DNA from: Minisyncoccota bacterium
GTDB lineage: Bacteria; Patescibacteriota; Minisyncoccia; Phycocordibacterales; GWA1-40-21
NCBI GenBank assembly: GCA_041674925.1
Contig: JBAYUW010000002.1
Span: forward strand, 13,622-77,621
Reading direction: 5' to 3'
DNA length: 64,000 nt
The notes under the pieces were generated by a model. The model was not told where the DNA came from and made no database searches. It saw only the letters and a list, made by a program, of their open reading frames with translations. This document shows, in pieces, positions 27,147 through 36,788 of the stretch. Every line of letters starts with the position of its first letter. Position 1 is the first letter of the stretch. Made by a program: the position numbers and the translations under genes.

Positions 27147-28271
27147 ATGATAGTAAGAATACTAGAAAACCAAATAAAGGAAGCCCTCTTTAAAGGTAAA
27201 ATTATTGTCTTGTACGGAGCCAGACAAGTTGGTAAGACCACTATTCTAAAAAAAATAGCCCAAGAAAACAAGGATCAATCTATGTTTTTAAATTGCGACG
27301 AATTAGATGTTCGCCAAGCCCTGACTGACAAAACGTCCATCGAATTAAAAAGGTACTTGGGAGACAAAAAATTAATATTAATAGATGAGGCTCAAAGAAT
27401 AAGGGATATTGGGCTAACTCTGAAACTCCTAATCGACACTTATCCAGAGATTCAGGTGATCGCCAGTGGCTCATCAAGTTTTGATTTGGCTAATAAAGTA
27501 AATGAACCCTTAACTGGCCGTAAAACAGAATTTTTCTTATTCCCAATTTCCTTGAATGAATTACGTGCTAGTCACAATGAAATTGAGATGGATAGTCTAA
27601 TCAACCATTTATTAATTCGTGGCTCATACCCAAAAGTCATCACTAGTGAAAGTAATACTCTGGCCGAAACGACTATAAATGAAATTACTGGCAGTTATCT
27701 CTATAAGGATATTCTGCAATTTGAAGGTTTAAAGAAACCAGACTTGATTGAGAAGCTTTTGCAAGCGCTGGCGTTTCAACTTGGTCAAGAAGTCTCTTTT
27801 ACTGAATTATCCAGATTATTAAATACTAACAGGAAAACAATAGAAAAGTATGTTTCTCTTCTAGAAAAAGCCTTCGTTATTTTCCGCTTAAATCCCCTAA
27901 GTCGAAACTTGCGAAAGGAAATTGGTAAAAATAAAAAAATATACTTTTACGATCTTGGGGTTAGAAATAGTATAATCCAAAATTTTAATGAGGTGGGGAT
28001 TAGAAATGACCTTGGGGCTTTGTGGGAAAATTTTATGGTTGTCGAGAGGATGAAAAAAAATTACTATGGAAATAATAAGCCAAATATTTTCTTCTGGCGC
28101 ACCTATGATCAGAAAGAGATAGATTATATCGAGGAAAGCGGTGGAAAGATGAGTGGATTTGAATTTAAATGGTCTGATCAAAAATGGAAAAAGCCGTTAG
28201 GCTTTTTGGAGTCATATCAAGATAGTACCGCCACCTTGATTACGAAGAAAAATTACACCGATTTTGTATAG
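27147..28271 (+). CDS. AAA-type ATPase with DUF4143-like C-terminal domain
   Basis: 374 aa. Walker A GARQVGKTT, Walker B LILIDEAQ. Overall AAA_14 + DUF4143 layout judged by eye. Confidence 0.75.
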   Translation: MIVRILENQIKEALFKGKIIVLYGARQVGKTTILKKIAQENKDQSMFLNCDELDVRQALTDKTSIELKRYLGDKKLILIDEAQRIRDIGLTLKLLIDTYPEIQVIASGSSSFDLANKVNEPLTGRKTEFFLFPISLNELRASHNEIEMDSLINHLLIRGSYPKVITSESNTLAETTINEITGSYLYKDILQFEGLKKPDLIEKLLQALAFQLGQEVSFTELSRLLNTNRKTIEKYVSLLEKAFVIFRLNPLSRNLRKEIGKNKKIYFYDLGVRNSIIQNFNEVGIRNDLGALWENFMVVERMKKNYYGNNKPNIFFWRTYDQKEIDYIEESGGKMSGFEFKWSDQKWKKPLGFLESYQDSTATLITKKNYTDFV

Positions 28272-28320
28272 CTCTAAAAAATTAGTCAGCAAAATTTATT
28301 TATGGTAAAATAAAATCAGC

Positions 28321-30462
28321 TTGTCCAAGTTTCATTTAACCATGTTCACATTTTTTTCTAAAACCAAAACCTTCACCCTTTCTTCAAAAATAATCATCTC
28401 TCTTTTGCTGGCTGTGGTGCTGTGGGGTGGGGGTGCGTTAAACAATCTGAGCGGTATTCTTAACACTGATAAAGTTTATGCTGCAGACTTCCCCTCGTCG
28501 GCAGTTACTCCAGAAGGCGAAATTAGATCTGCCCCCGAACGAACCGCGGAAGAAATACAAGCTTCGAAAGAGAAAGCCGATTGGTTTGTGGATGGTCTTG
28601 TCAGTGCTTTTAAAAAACTCGGAAATGGAGTACTGTCTACAGTTTTAAATGTTATTGCGGGGGTTCAAGGATTAGTTGTAGTGCCAGTACTTGGTGTAAT
28701 CATGAGAATCGCTGGTGCCTTATTAAATCTATCTGTGATATATACACTAGACTCAAACAACCTTACCTCAGTTAATACGGCAATACAAACAGTTTGGAAG
28801 ATCGTGAGAGATTTATTTAACATTACATTTATATTTGTGTTACTTTATGCAGCAATTAAAACGATCTTGGGAATTTCAGGATCCAACACAAAAAAAATTA
28901 TTGCCCAGGTTATTGTCGCGGCCTTACTTATAAATTTCAGTCTATTTATCACTCGAGTTTGTATCGATGTGGGAAACCTCTTGGCGGCAAATTTATACAA
29001 CACAGCGACAGCTGACGGAGCAAAATCTATGGGGACAATGATTTTAGATTCCACACAGCTTTCGGGATTATGGGATGTATCAAATTGGAAGAGTCTCAGC
29101 CTTGAAAGCCCGTCCTTGTTTTTTGCTATTAATCTTCAAATCGTATTGCTTTATATCGCTATTGGTACTTTTTTTTATATAACAATCATGTTTTTAACAA
29201 GAAACATCCTGCTAATATTTTTAATGGCCCTATCTCCGATTGGTTTTATGGGCAATGTATTACCAAAGATAGAGGAATACTCAAAAATGTGGAGAGAGAA
29301 TCTTTTTGGACAAATTTCAATTGCTCCAATTTTTCTCTTATTGTTTTACTTAATATCCCTAATCACAGGAACAATAAAAAAAGCAATATTGGCCTCACCG
29401 AACCAAAGCTGGTTTCACGACAGTGATCAAAACTACCTGACGTATTTTCAATACTTAATGGTCATACTATTACTGATAATAGCAACAAAAATTACAAAAA
29501 AACTGTCTGGTGAGGTTGGAAAATTTATCGAATCTGGAGTTAAAGCAGCATTAATAGCTGGCGCGGCGGTGATTAGTGGTGGTGCAGCTATCGCTGTTGG
29601 AGCAAGAGCGGGTGGTGGCATCCTGTCAGCAACAAAGAAATTTGTGAAAGGTACACTTGGTGATGAGCCGGGGGCCGTCGGTGTTGGGGCTCGATTTGCG
29701 AGAAGTAGAATCATGAATACGTTCAAGACTGGGACTGGAGGAAGACTTGATCTACAGAAACTAGAAAAGGACTACAAGCAAAGTAAAAAAGAAAATGAGG
29801 ATAGAGTAATGAAAAAACTCGAAGCTATTGGTCCACAGAAAGCATTTGACGAGGAGAAACGTCTTAATGACACTCTATCAAACATCAATCAGCAGATCTC
29901 TAAACAAAATCCAAATCTGATAACTAAATCTACTCAAGACGGTGAAAAAGTCCAAGAATTGGAAGCAAAAATCAAGGAGTCTGATAAAAAAATTGATGAG
30001 GCGATAAAGGAGAAAGCGGCCGCCACAACAATAGAACAAAAAGCTCTTATTGATGCAAAGATTGCGGCAGCTACAAAAGAGAAAACTGATGCTCAGTCTG
30101 GCCTATCAGGAGCAAAGTTTGCAAAATTAATGTCTGAGAAGGCCCTGACCGACGCACAGGATAAGGTTGCAAAATCAATGGGTACAGATATTAAATCCAT
30201 AACTGATGCTCTGGCAAATACAGGACAGAAGATTCTTGAGGGTATGGAAAGAAAAAATGAATACATAAAAGATTTTGCAGGTAGTGGCATGTTAAGCACT
30301 GGAATGGCACGCGATGACCGTGAAAAAGTTGTCGCTAGAATGAGAGCGCAACAGGGTAAATATACTGGTGATGGTGACTTACGAAAGCAACTCGAGAAAT
30401 TGATGAAAGATGCTAAAATAGCACCAGAGGCAGACAAGCCGGCTGAGAAAAAAACAACATAA
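28321..30462 (+). CDS. Polytopic membrane protein, VirB6/TrbL/PrgH-like candidate, with long K/A/E-rich coiled-coil tail
   Basis: 713 aa. Signal/TM plus at least 6 further hydrophobic helices, then about 250 aa of charged coiled coil. First gene of the T4SS-like operon. TTG start at 28321 (TGgTAAAAT-N9 upstream); alternative ATG at 28342. Confidence 0.5.
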   Translation: MSKFHLTMFTFFSKTKTFTLSSKIIISLLLAVVLWGGGALNNLSGILNTDKVYAADFPSSAVTPEGEIRSAPERTAEEIQASKEKADWFVDGLVSAFKKLGNGVLSTVLNVIAGVQGLVVVPVLGVIMRIAGALLNLSVIYTLDSNNLTSVNTAIQTVWKIVRDLFNITFIFVLLYAAIKTILGISGSNTKKIIAQVIVAALLINFSLFITRVCIDVGNLLAANLYNTATADGAKSMGTMILDSTQLSGLWDVSNWKSLSLESPSLFFAINLQIVLLYIAIGTFFYITIMFLTRNILLIFLMALSPIGFMGNVLPKIEEYSKMWRENLFGQISIAPIFLLLFYLISLITGTIKKAILASPNQSWFHDSDQNYLTYFQYLMVILLLIIATKITKKLSGEVGKFIESGVKAALIAGAAVISGGAAIAVGARAGGGILSATKKFVKGTLGDEPGAVGVGARFARSRIMNTFKTGTGGRLDLQKLEKDYKQSKKENEDRVMKKLEAIGPQKAFDEEKRLNDTLSNINQQISKQNPNLITKSTQDGEKVQELEAKIKESDKKIDEAIKEKAAATTIEQKALIDAKIAAATKEKTDAQSGLSGAKFAKLMSEKALTDAQDKVAKSMGTDIKSITDALANTGQKILEGMERKNEYIKDFAGSGMLSTGMARDDREKVVARMRAQQGKYTGDGDLRKQLEKLMKDAKIAPEADKPAEKKTT

Positions 30463-30468
30463 AATAAC

Positions 30469-31149
30469 ATGGATCAAGAAACAGAAAAAATAATAGCCGA
30501 GCAGATGAAGAAATTGCCGAAAGATGTGATTGCGGCGATTATTTCCGTGGATTACAAAACAAAATTACAAGAGATTACCAAGGCGCAAAAATTGTTGATT
30601 GATCAAGCGGGGAAATTGGAAATGGAGACGACCTTGGTGATGATTGGTCTGGAACCACTCGCTGATTATGTGGCTAATCTTCAGAGAGAATTGGGAGTGG
30701 CCAGGGTCAAGGCTCAGGAAGTTGCGACGATGGTGAGTGAAAATATTTTCAAACCGATTCGCGATTCTTTGTATGCAATGAATAATGGGGAAGTAGAAGA
30801 GAAAGTGGAAGAAAAAATAATTCGCGCTACTGATTCAAATGATTCCAATTTAAACCGAGACCAAATTTTGAACGAAATCGAAGACCCATCACTCATCGGT
30901 AAAAGTGGTGTGACCAAATTTACTCCTGCGGTTAAAGAAGAGACGACAACTGCGATCGAGACTTTGGCCGAAGTACCATATCAGCAAGATATTCAAGCAC
31001 CAAAAGCTAGTCTTCTAGAAACCAAGATGGCTGGAATCACCATTACCTCCCAACAGAAAGTCCAAGCTGAACCAGCCTATAAATTACCAGAAACCGAAAA
31101 AAAGAAACCTTTTGGTGGAGTCGATCCTTATCGCGAGGAAATAAAATAA
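30469..31149 (+). CDS. Hypothetical acidic protein in the T4SS-like operon
   Basis: 226 aa, no TM. Starts 7 nt after the previous stop. Confidence 0.6.
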   Translation: MDQETEKIIAEQMKKLPKDVIAAIISVDYKTKLQEITKAQKLLIDQAGKLEMETTLVMIGLEPLADYVANLQRELGVARVKAQEVATMVSENIFKPIRDSLYAMNNGEVEEKVEEKIIRATDSNDSNLNRDQILNEIEDPSLIGKSGVTKFTPAVKEETTTAIETLAEVPYQQDIQAPKASLLETKMAGITITSQQKVQAEPAYKLPETEKKKPFGGVDPYREEIK

Positions 31150-31150
31150 A

Positions 31151-31582
31151 ATGAGATTTCAAGTACCACAATTCATTGAAATTGAAGATAAAATCTTTGG
31201 TCCATTGACCATCAAACAGTTTATTTATATTGCTGGTAGTGCCGGTTTGTCTTTTATTTTATTTCGCTTTTTATATCTGCCGTTTGCAATTGTTTTGATT
31301 GTGGCCGTGACCATTTTTGCTTTGACTATGGCTTTTTATCGGATAAACAACAAACCCTTTATTGATGTCTTGCAAAGTGCTTTCGGTTATTTCTTTTCTA
31401 GTAAATTGTATTTGTGGAAGAAAAAAGACAAAGTTAAACCAACCCTAAAAGCTCCGGTTTTAAATTCGGCAGTTCAAAAACCTATTTATGTTCCGAAATT
31501 ATCAGAAAGCAAGTTGCACGATTTAACTTGGAGCTTGGACATTAAAGAAAGTCTCAATCCCGGAACACACGAAGAAAGATAA
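31151..31582 (+). CDS. PrgI-family (VirB3-like) membrane protein
   Basis: 143 aa. N-terminus MRFQVPQFIEIEDKIFGPLTIKQFIYIAGSAG matches the PrgI signature (QVP.F...EDKI.GPLT..QF) and is followed by two TM helices. Confidence 0.75.
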   Translation: MRFQVPQFIEIEDKIFGPLTIKQFIYIAGSAGLSFILFRFLYLPFAIVLIVAVTIFALTMAFYRINNKPFIDVLQSAFGYFFSSKLYLWKKKDKVKPTLKAPVLNSAVQKPIYVPKLSESKLHDLTWSLDIKESLNPGTHEER

Positions 31583-31623
31583 TAAGTGCAAGTCATTCGG
31601 TTTTGGGTTATAATAATCAGAGT

Positions 31624-32259
31624 ATGGCTGTTACTAAAACCACACAAGAATTTGTTCCCATCAAAGAAGTCCGCGATGGTGTGATAATAATGAAAGACGG
31701 TTCAATGAAAGCCGTCGTTTTGTCTTCGTCTTTAAACTTTGCTTTAAAATCAGTTGAAGAGCAGGAAGCAATCATCTATCAATTCCAGAATTTTCTAAAC
31801 TCCCTCGACTTTTCAGTACAAATCTCTATTCAATCTCGACAGCTAGACATCAGACCATATCTTTCTTCTTTAGAAAAACAATATACCGAACAGTTGAACG
31901 ATTTAATCAAGATTCAGATCAAAGAATACGTGCAATTCATAAAAAGCTTTACGGAAAATTCCAATATTATGGCTAAAACTTTCTTTATGGTTATTCCTTT
32001 CAGTCCATCAGTTTTGGGGCCTAAAAAAGACAGTTCTTTAGGGAAATTTCTACAAAAAGCAGGAACAAAAGAAAAAGCTGGTCAAAAGAATGACAATTTT
32101 GAGGAGAATCGTACACAATTAGAACAAAGAGTAGCGGTGGTTCAGCAAGGTTTGCTGCGTTGTGGAATCAGAAGTGTCAGTTTGGGAACAGAAGAGACAA
32201 TCGAATTGTTTTATAAATTATTTAATCCTGGCGATACCGAAAAGCCAATTACTCTCTAA
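31624..32259 (+). CDS. Hypothetical protein resembling a stand-alone VirB4/TrsE N-terminal domain
   Basis: 211 aa from the ATG at 31624 (track TTG at 31603). TQEFVPIKEVRDGVIIMKDGSMKAVVLSSSLNFALKSVEEQEAII..F.NFLNSL pattern. No Walker motifs. Confidence 0.55.
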   Translation: MAVTKTTQEFVPIKEVRDGVIIMKDGSMKAVVLSSSLNFALKSVEEQEAIIYQFQNFLNSLDFSVQISIQSRQLDIRPYLSSLEKQYTEQLNDLIKIQIKEYVQFIKSFTENSNIMAKTFFMVIPFSPSVLGPKKDSSLGKFLQKAGTKEKAGQKNDNFEENRTQLEQRVAVVQQGLLRCGIRSVSLGTEETIELFYKLFNPGDTEKPITL

Positions 32260-32264
32260 AAATT

Positions 32265-34079
32265 ATGGCCTTATTTGATTTTTTAAAAAAGAAAACTCCC
32301 GAACCAGAACTAGCTTCTTTCTTGCCCCAAGAAATTTATGAAAGTGGGGTTTTGGAATTGCAGGATATCATCGCCCCTTCGGCCCTAAAAATTACTCCTA
32401 ATGAAATAAATCTGGGTGGAAAAATCGCCCGCACTTTCTTTGTCATTTCTTATCCAAGATTTTTAACCGAAAGCTGGTTTGCACCAATTATCAATCTCGA
32501 TAAAATCTTTAATATTTCTATCTTCATTCACCCAATCGAGACCGCCAAAGTCTTGCGTCAATTCCAGAAAAAAGTGGCGGAGGTTCAAAGCCAGATCAAT
32601 GCTCGAGAAAATAGGGGGTTGGTTCGTGATCCAATGCTCGATACCGCTTACCAAGATTTGGAATCTTTGCGTGATAATCTCCAACAGGCCCAAGAGAAAC
32701 TCTTTGACGTTGGCGTTTATATCACCCTTTATGCTGATAATGATGATGATTTAAGTAAATTAGAGACTGAAATTAAATCTATTTTGGAATCAAAATTAGT
32801 TTATCTTAAACCTGCTCTGTTCCAACAAGAACAAGGTTATAAAAGTATTTTGCCGACCGCCAATGATGAACTGATGGTTCACTCAAAACTCAATTCATCA
32901 CCGCTATCGAGTATTTTCCCATTTGTATCTTTCGATTTAACCTCAGACAAAGGTATCCTTTATGGAATCAACCGCCATAATAATAGCTTGGTGCTTTTTG
33001 ATCGTTTCTCTTTGGACAACTACAACTCAGTTACTTTCGCTAAATCTGGTTCCGGAAAATCTTATGCTACCAAATTGGAAATCTTGCGTTCATTAATGTT
33101 TGAAACCGAAGTGATTGTCATTGACCCAGAAAAAGAATATCAGTTTTTATCTGAAGCGATTGGTGGAAAGAATTTTAATATTTCCCTAAACTCTGAAAGC
33201 CATATCAATCCGTTTGATTTGCCAATTTCTCGTGACGATGAATCACCAGCTGACGTCTTGCGTTCAAATATTATAAACCTGGTTGGTTTGTTTAGAATTA
33301 TGTTTGGTGGTTTAACACCAGAAGAAGACGCTATTATCGACCGCGCCATCAGTGAAACTTACGCCCTCAAAGACATCACCCCGGAATCAGATTTTTCCAA
33401 TCTTGAACCACCGCTGTTATCAGATTTTGAATTAGTTTTGTCTGGTATGGAGGGGGCAGAGGGTTTGGTTCAAAAACTGTCCAAATACACCCGTGGCTCT
33501 TGGGCTGGTTTTATCAACCGACCTACCAATGTCGATATTAACGCCAAATTCGTCGTCTTTTCAATTCGTGATATGGAAGACGAACTCAAACCGGTCGCAA
33601 TGTATATTATTACTCACTATATCTGGACCGCCATCAGACGAGAGCTGAAAAAGAGATTGTTGGTTATTGATGAGGCGTGGTGGATGATGAAAAGTGAAGA
33701 CACCGCCTCTTTCTTGTTTAGTTTGGCAAAACGAGGAAGAAAATATTTCCTCGGTTTGGCCACTATTACCCAAGACGTTGATGACTTTTTGCGTTCACCA
33801 TACGGTCTGCCAATCGTGACAAACTCTTCGATTCAGATTCTTTTGAAACAAAGCCCTTCGACGGTTGATAACTTACAAAGAACATTTAATTTGACTGACG
33901 AGGAAAAGTTTCTTTTGTTGGAATCGGATGTAGGGGAGGGGTTGTTCTTTGTGGGACAAAAACACGTGGCCATCAAGGTTATCGCCTCTTATACCGAAGA
34001 TCAAATCATCACTTCCGACCCATCACAACTTTTGGCAATTAAAAAGGCGCGGGAAGAATTAAACTCTAGTGCACAATAA
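32265..34079 (+). CDS. virB4: VirB4/TrsE/PrgJ-type type IV secretion ATPase
   Basis: 604 aa. Walker A AKSGSGKSYATK, Walker B RLLVIDEAWWMM, TQDVDDF, N-terminal YPRFL..SW domain. Confidence 0.85.
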   Translation: MALFDFLKKKTPEPELASFLPQEIYESGVLELQDIIAPSALKITPNEINLGGKIARTFFVISYPRFLTESWFAPIINLDKIFNISIFIHPIETAKVLRQFQKKVAEVQSQINARENRGLVRDPMLDTAYQDLESLRDNLQQAQEKLFDVGVYITLYADNDDDLSKLETEIKSILESKLVYLKPALFQQEQGYKSILPTANDELMVHSKLNSSPLSSIFPFVSFDLTSDKGILYGINRHNNSLVLFDRFSLDNYNSVTFAKSGSGKSYATKLEILRSLMFETEVIVIDPEKEYQFLSEAIGGKNFNISLNSESHINPFDLPISRDDESPADVLRSNIINLVGLFRIMFGGLTPEEDAIIDRAISETYALKDITPESDFSNLEPPLLSDFELVLSGMEGAEGLVQKLSKYTRGSWAGFINRPTNVDINAKFVVFSIRDMEDELKPVAMYIITHYIWTAIRRELKKRLLVIDEAWWMMKSEDTASFLFSLAKRGRKYFLGLATITQDVDDFLRSPYGLPIVTNSSIQILLKQSPSTVDNLQRTFNLTDEEKFLLLESDVGEGLFFVGQKHVAIKVIASYTEDQIITSDPSQLLAIKKAREELNSSAQ

Positions 34080-34104
34080 ACAAATCTGTTATAATTAAAC
34101 AGAG

Positions 34105-35100
34105 ATGAAAATATCTTTAACTACATTAATCAGCGTTGGTCTGTTTTTGATTTTTCCAGTCTTATTTCTCAATGCTCAAAACAATAATATTAATAGCCTG
34201 ACTAGTATTTCTATCAGTCCCCAAGCTCCCGCTCCAGCGACCCAGGCCAAGGTCAGCCTACAAAGTTTTTCCTCGGATTTAAATCGAGCTAAAATTACCT
34301 GGTTTATCGATGGTCAAGAAAAAAGAACAGAAATTGGTTTAAAAGATTTTTATATTCAGGCCGGACGAGCTGGTAGACTGATGACAGTTGGAGCAAAAGT
34401 TGAATTTTTGGACGGCTCAATTGACAATCGAGAGGTTTCTTTTATTCCAGCCGGAGTTGATTTACTATTTGAGGCGATCTCTTACACCCCACCATTTTAC
34501 AAAGGTAAAGCCCTTAATATCAAGCAGGGAACCGTGGTGGTAGTGGCTTTTCCAGAGCTTTTTGATGAAAATGGTAGAAAATACAGTACCAAGGAATTAA
34601 TTTATAACTGGAGAAGTGGCGGTTTGGTGGTGGCTAGTGCTTCAGGTATTGGAAAAAACTATTTTACCTATACCGGCAGTATTCCAGTTCGTGATGCGGA
34701 AATCGAGGTTTCTGTTAGTTCTCTAGACCAGAAAGTCGTGGCTAATAATTCCATCAATATCACCACCACTGATCCGAAAATTGTATTTTATGAAAACAGT
34801 CCAATCTACGGAATCATGATGAATCGCGCGATAAAAAGTTCAGTTAATATGCTTATTGATGAATTCAGTGTTGTGGCGGTGCCATATTTCTTTAGTGCTG
34901 GTTACGCCAATACTCCTGATTTGGATTATACTTGGAGTTTGAATGGACAAAAAGTTGAAACTCAGGATCAAAAGAATATTTTTACCACGAGAATAGAAAA
35001 GGGAGCGGGAACAGCCAATATTGGTTTAAAAATCAGTAATAATGTCCGCTTTTTCCAATATACCGACAATAATTATTTGATTAATTTTGAAAAACAATAA
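34105..35100 (+). CDS. Hypothetical secreted protein in the T4SS-like operon
   Basis: 331 aa. Signal peptide MKISLTTLISVGLFLIFPVLFLNA. TGtTATAAT-N9-ATG upstream. Confidence 0.65.
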   Translation: MKISLTTLISVGLFLIFPVLFLNAQNNNINSLTSISISPQAPAPATQAKVSLQSFSSDLNRAKITWFIDGQEKRTEIGLKDFYIQAGRAGRLMTVGAKVEFLDGSIDNREVSFIPAGVDLLFEAISYTPPFYKGKALNIKQGTVVVVAFPELFDENGRKYSTKELIYNWRSGGLVVASASGIGKNYFTYTGSIPVRDAEIEVSVSSLDQKVVANNSINITTTDPKIVFYENSPIYGIMMNRAIKSSVNMLIDEFSVVAVPYFFSAGYANTPDLDYTWSLNGQKVETQDQKNIFTTRIEKGAGTANIGLKISNNVRFFQYTDNNYLINFEKQ

Positions 35101-35101
35101 A

Positions 35102-35539
35102 ATGTTTAAGTATTTAATTTTACTAGTCACAGTGTTCCCAATTAAACTATTGGCTTTAGACTACCAACCACTGGAGGGGGATGTTTTCGCTGACTTTACA
35201 ACATCTGGAACAAGCAGTGATTTGGCATTGTTTTTGGCTGGCGCCTTCCAGTTTGGATTGGCTCTGGCGGCCGCTTTAGCGGTAGTTATGATCGTTTGGG
35301 GTGGTGTAGAAATTATGCTTTCTGAATCACTTTTTAAAAAAGAAGATGGTAAAAAGAAAGTCTGGGACGCTGTCTGGGGACTTTTACTGGCTTTGGTATC
35401 CTGGTTAATCCTTTATACAATTAATCCAGCAATTCTCGACTGGAGTGCTGTTTCAACACCAGACGCTGAGTATATTCAAAATCTAGACAGCGAACAACAA
35501 AATGCCAATGATTTAGATATGTCAGTGAGTGGTGGATAA
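35102..35539 (+). CDS. T4SS pilin-like (VirB2/TrbC-like) small membrane protein
   Basis: 145 aa from the ATG at 35102 (track TTG at 35087). Signal peptide plus two hydrophobic helices (LALFLAGAFQFGLALAAALAVVMIVWGG; VWGLLLALVSWLILYTI). Confidence 0.6.
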   Translation: MFKYLILLVTVFPIKLLALDYQPLEGDVFADFTTSGTSSDLALFLAGAFQFGLALAAALAVVMIVWGGVEIMLSESLFKKEDGKKKVWDAVWGLLLALVSWLILYTINPAILDWSAVSTPDAEYIQNLDSEQQNANDLDMSVSGG

Positions 35540-35552
35540 ATTTAAAACAAAG

Positions 35553-36788
35553 ATGAAAATGTCAAAAAAGTCAGCGATAATATTGATTCTAACGGTCTTC
35601 TTGGGAGCCCTCGCGGCTTTGATTTGGTTTTATTTTGCTGGTGTGGGTTTACCAACCAAGGCGCCAATAAAACAGATTTCGACTGGTGAAGTTTATGATC
35701 CTTTCGGCACTATTAGTACCAGTAGCTCAGTTGCAAGTTCAACCGAAGAGATTGTCCCGGTTGAAGGTCAAAATAATTTTATTGTCGAAAACCGATTAAG
35801 AAAGATTTCTGATGATCCAATTTCTGGTTATGCTGTGAATGAAAATTTAATTCATTATATTCTGCGAGCTAATGGAAATATTTACGAGACAAGCAAGGAT
35901 TCTTTGGAAATAAAAAGACTATCTATCACGACAATTCCAAAAGTGTATGAATCAGTTTGGTTGCCTGGTGGTGAAAAATTAATTATTCGTTATTTAAAAG
36001 ATAATACTGAAAATATCGAAACTTTCTCGGTTAAAATTAACCCCGCCACCACCACCTTAAACGAATTTGAAGGGGGGATAGATGGTAATTTCCTACCAGA
36101 GGGTATCTCGACTGTGGTTATCAATCCAGCTGGCGATAAAATCTTTTACTTAACAAACAATTTAAATGGGGCTTCGGGTTTTGTCTCCAAACCAGATGGT
36201 TTAAATAAGAGCTTATTATTTGAATCGCCCTTGATTGAATGGGCTGTTTCTTGGCCAAAAGAAGAGACAATTACCATGAGCACCAAACCCACCGCTAAAA
36301 TTCCAGGTTATCTCTATTTCCTAAACACAAAAACCGGAGATTTTTCTAAAATTTTGGGTGGTATCACCGGATTAACTACAAAAATTAATAAAACTGCCAG
36401 TGAAGTTTTGTATTCTGATAGTGTTCGAAATACCCCAAGATTATATTTGTTTAATATTAAGAATAATGAGAGCAAACTTCTACCCTGGAGCACCTTTCCA
36501 GAAAAGTGTTTGTGGAGCAATGTTGATGCCACGACTGTCTACTGTGCTGTGCCAAAAAGTTTTTCGACGGGCGAGTATCCAGACTTATGGTATCAGGGTC
36601 TAACCAGCTTTACTGACGATATTTGGAGAATCAATACCAATACTGGTGCCTCGACCTTGGTTTTTGATATTCAAAAAGAAACCAAAAATAATCTTGATAT
36701 TGTGGATTTAAATCTAGACCAAAATGATGATTATCTATTTTTCACCAACAAAACTGATCTGACTTTATGGAGTTTAAAACTTAAATAG
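35553..36788 (+). CDS. Hypothetical TM-anchored protein, possibly beta-propeller-like
   Basis: N-terminal TM SAIILILTVFLGALAALIWFYF. Repetitive beta-rich remainder. The track start is GTG at 35529; ATGs at 35553 and 35559. Confidence 0.6.
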   Translation: MKMSKKSAIILILTVFLGALAALIWFYFAGVGLPTKAPIKQISTGEVYDPFGTISTSSSVASSTEEIVPVEGQNNFIVENRLRKISDDPISGYAVNENLIHYILRANGNIYETSKDSLEIKRLSITTIPKVYESVWLPGGEKLIIRYLKDNTENIETFSVKINPATTTLNEFEGGIDGNFLPEGISTVVINPAGDKIFYLTNNLNGASGFVSKPDGLNKSLLFESPLIEWAVSWPKEETITMSTKPTAKIPGYLYFLNTKTGDFSKILGGITGLTTKINKTASEVLYSDSVRNTPRLYLFNIKNNESKLLPWSTFPEKCLWSNVDATTVYCAVPKSFSTGEYPDLWYQGLTSFTDDIWRINTNTGASTLVFDIQKETKNNLDIVDLNLDQNDDYLFFTNKTDLTLWSLKLK

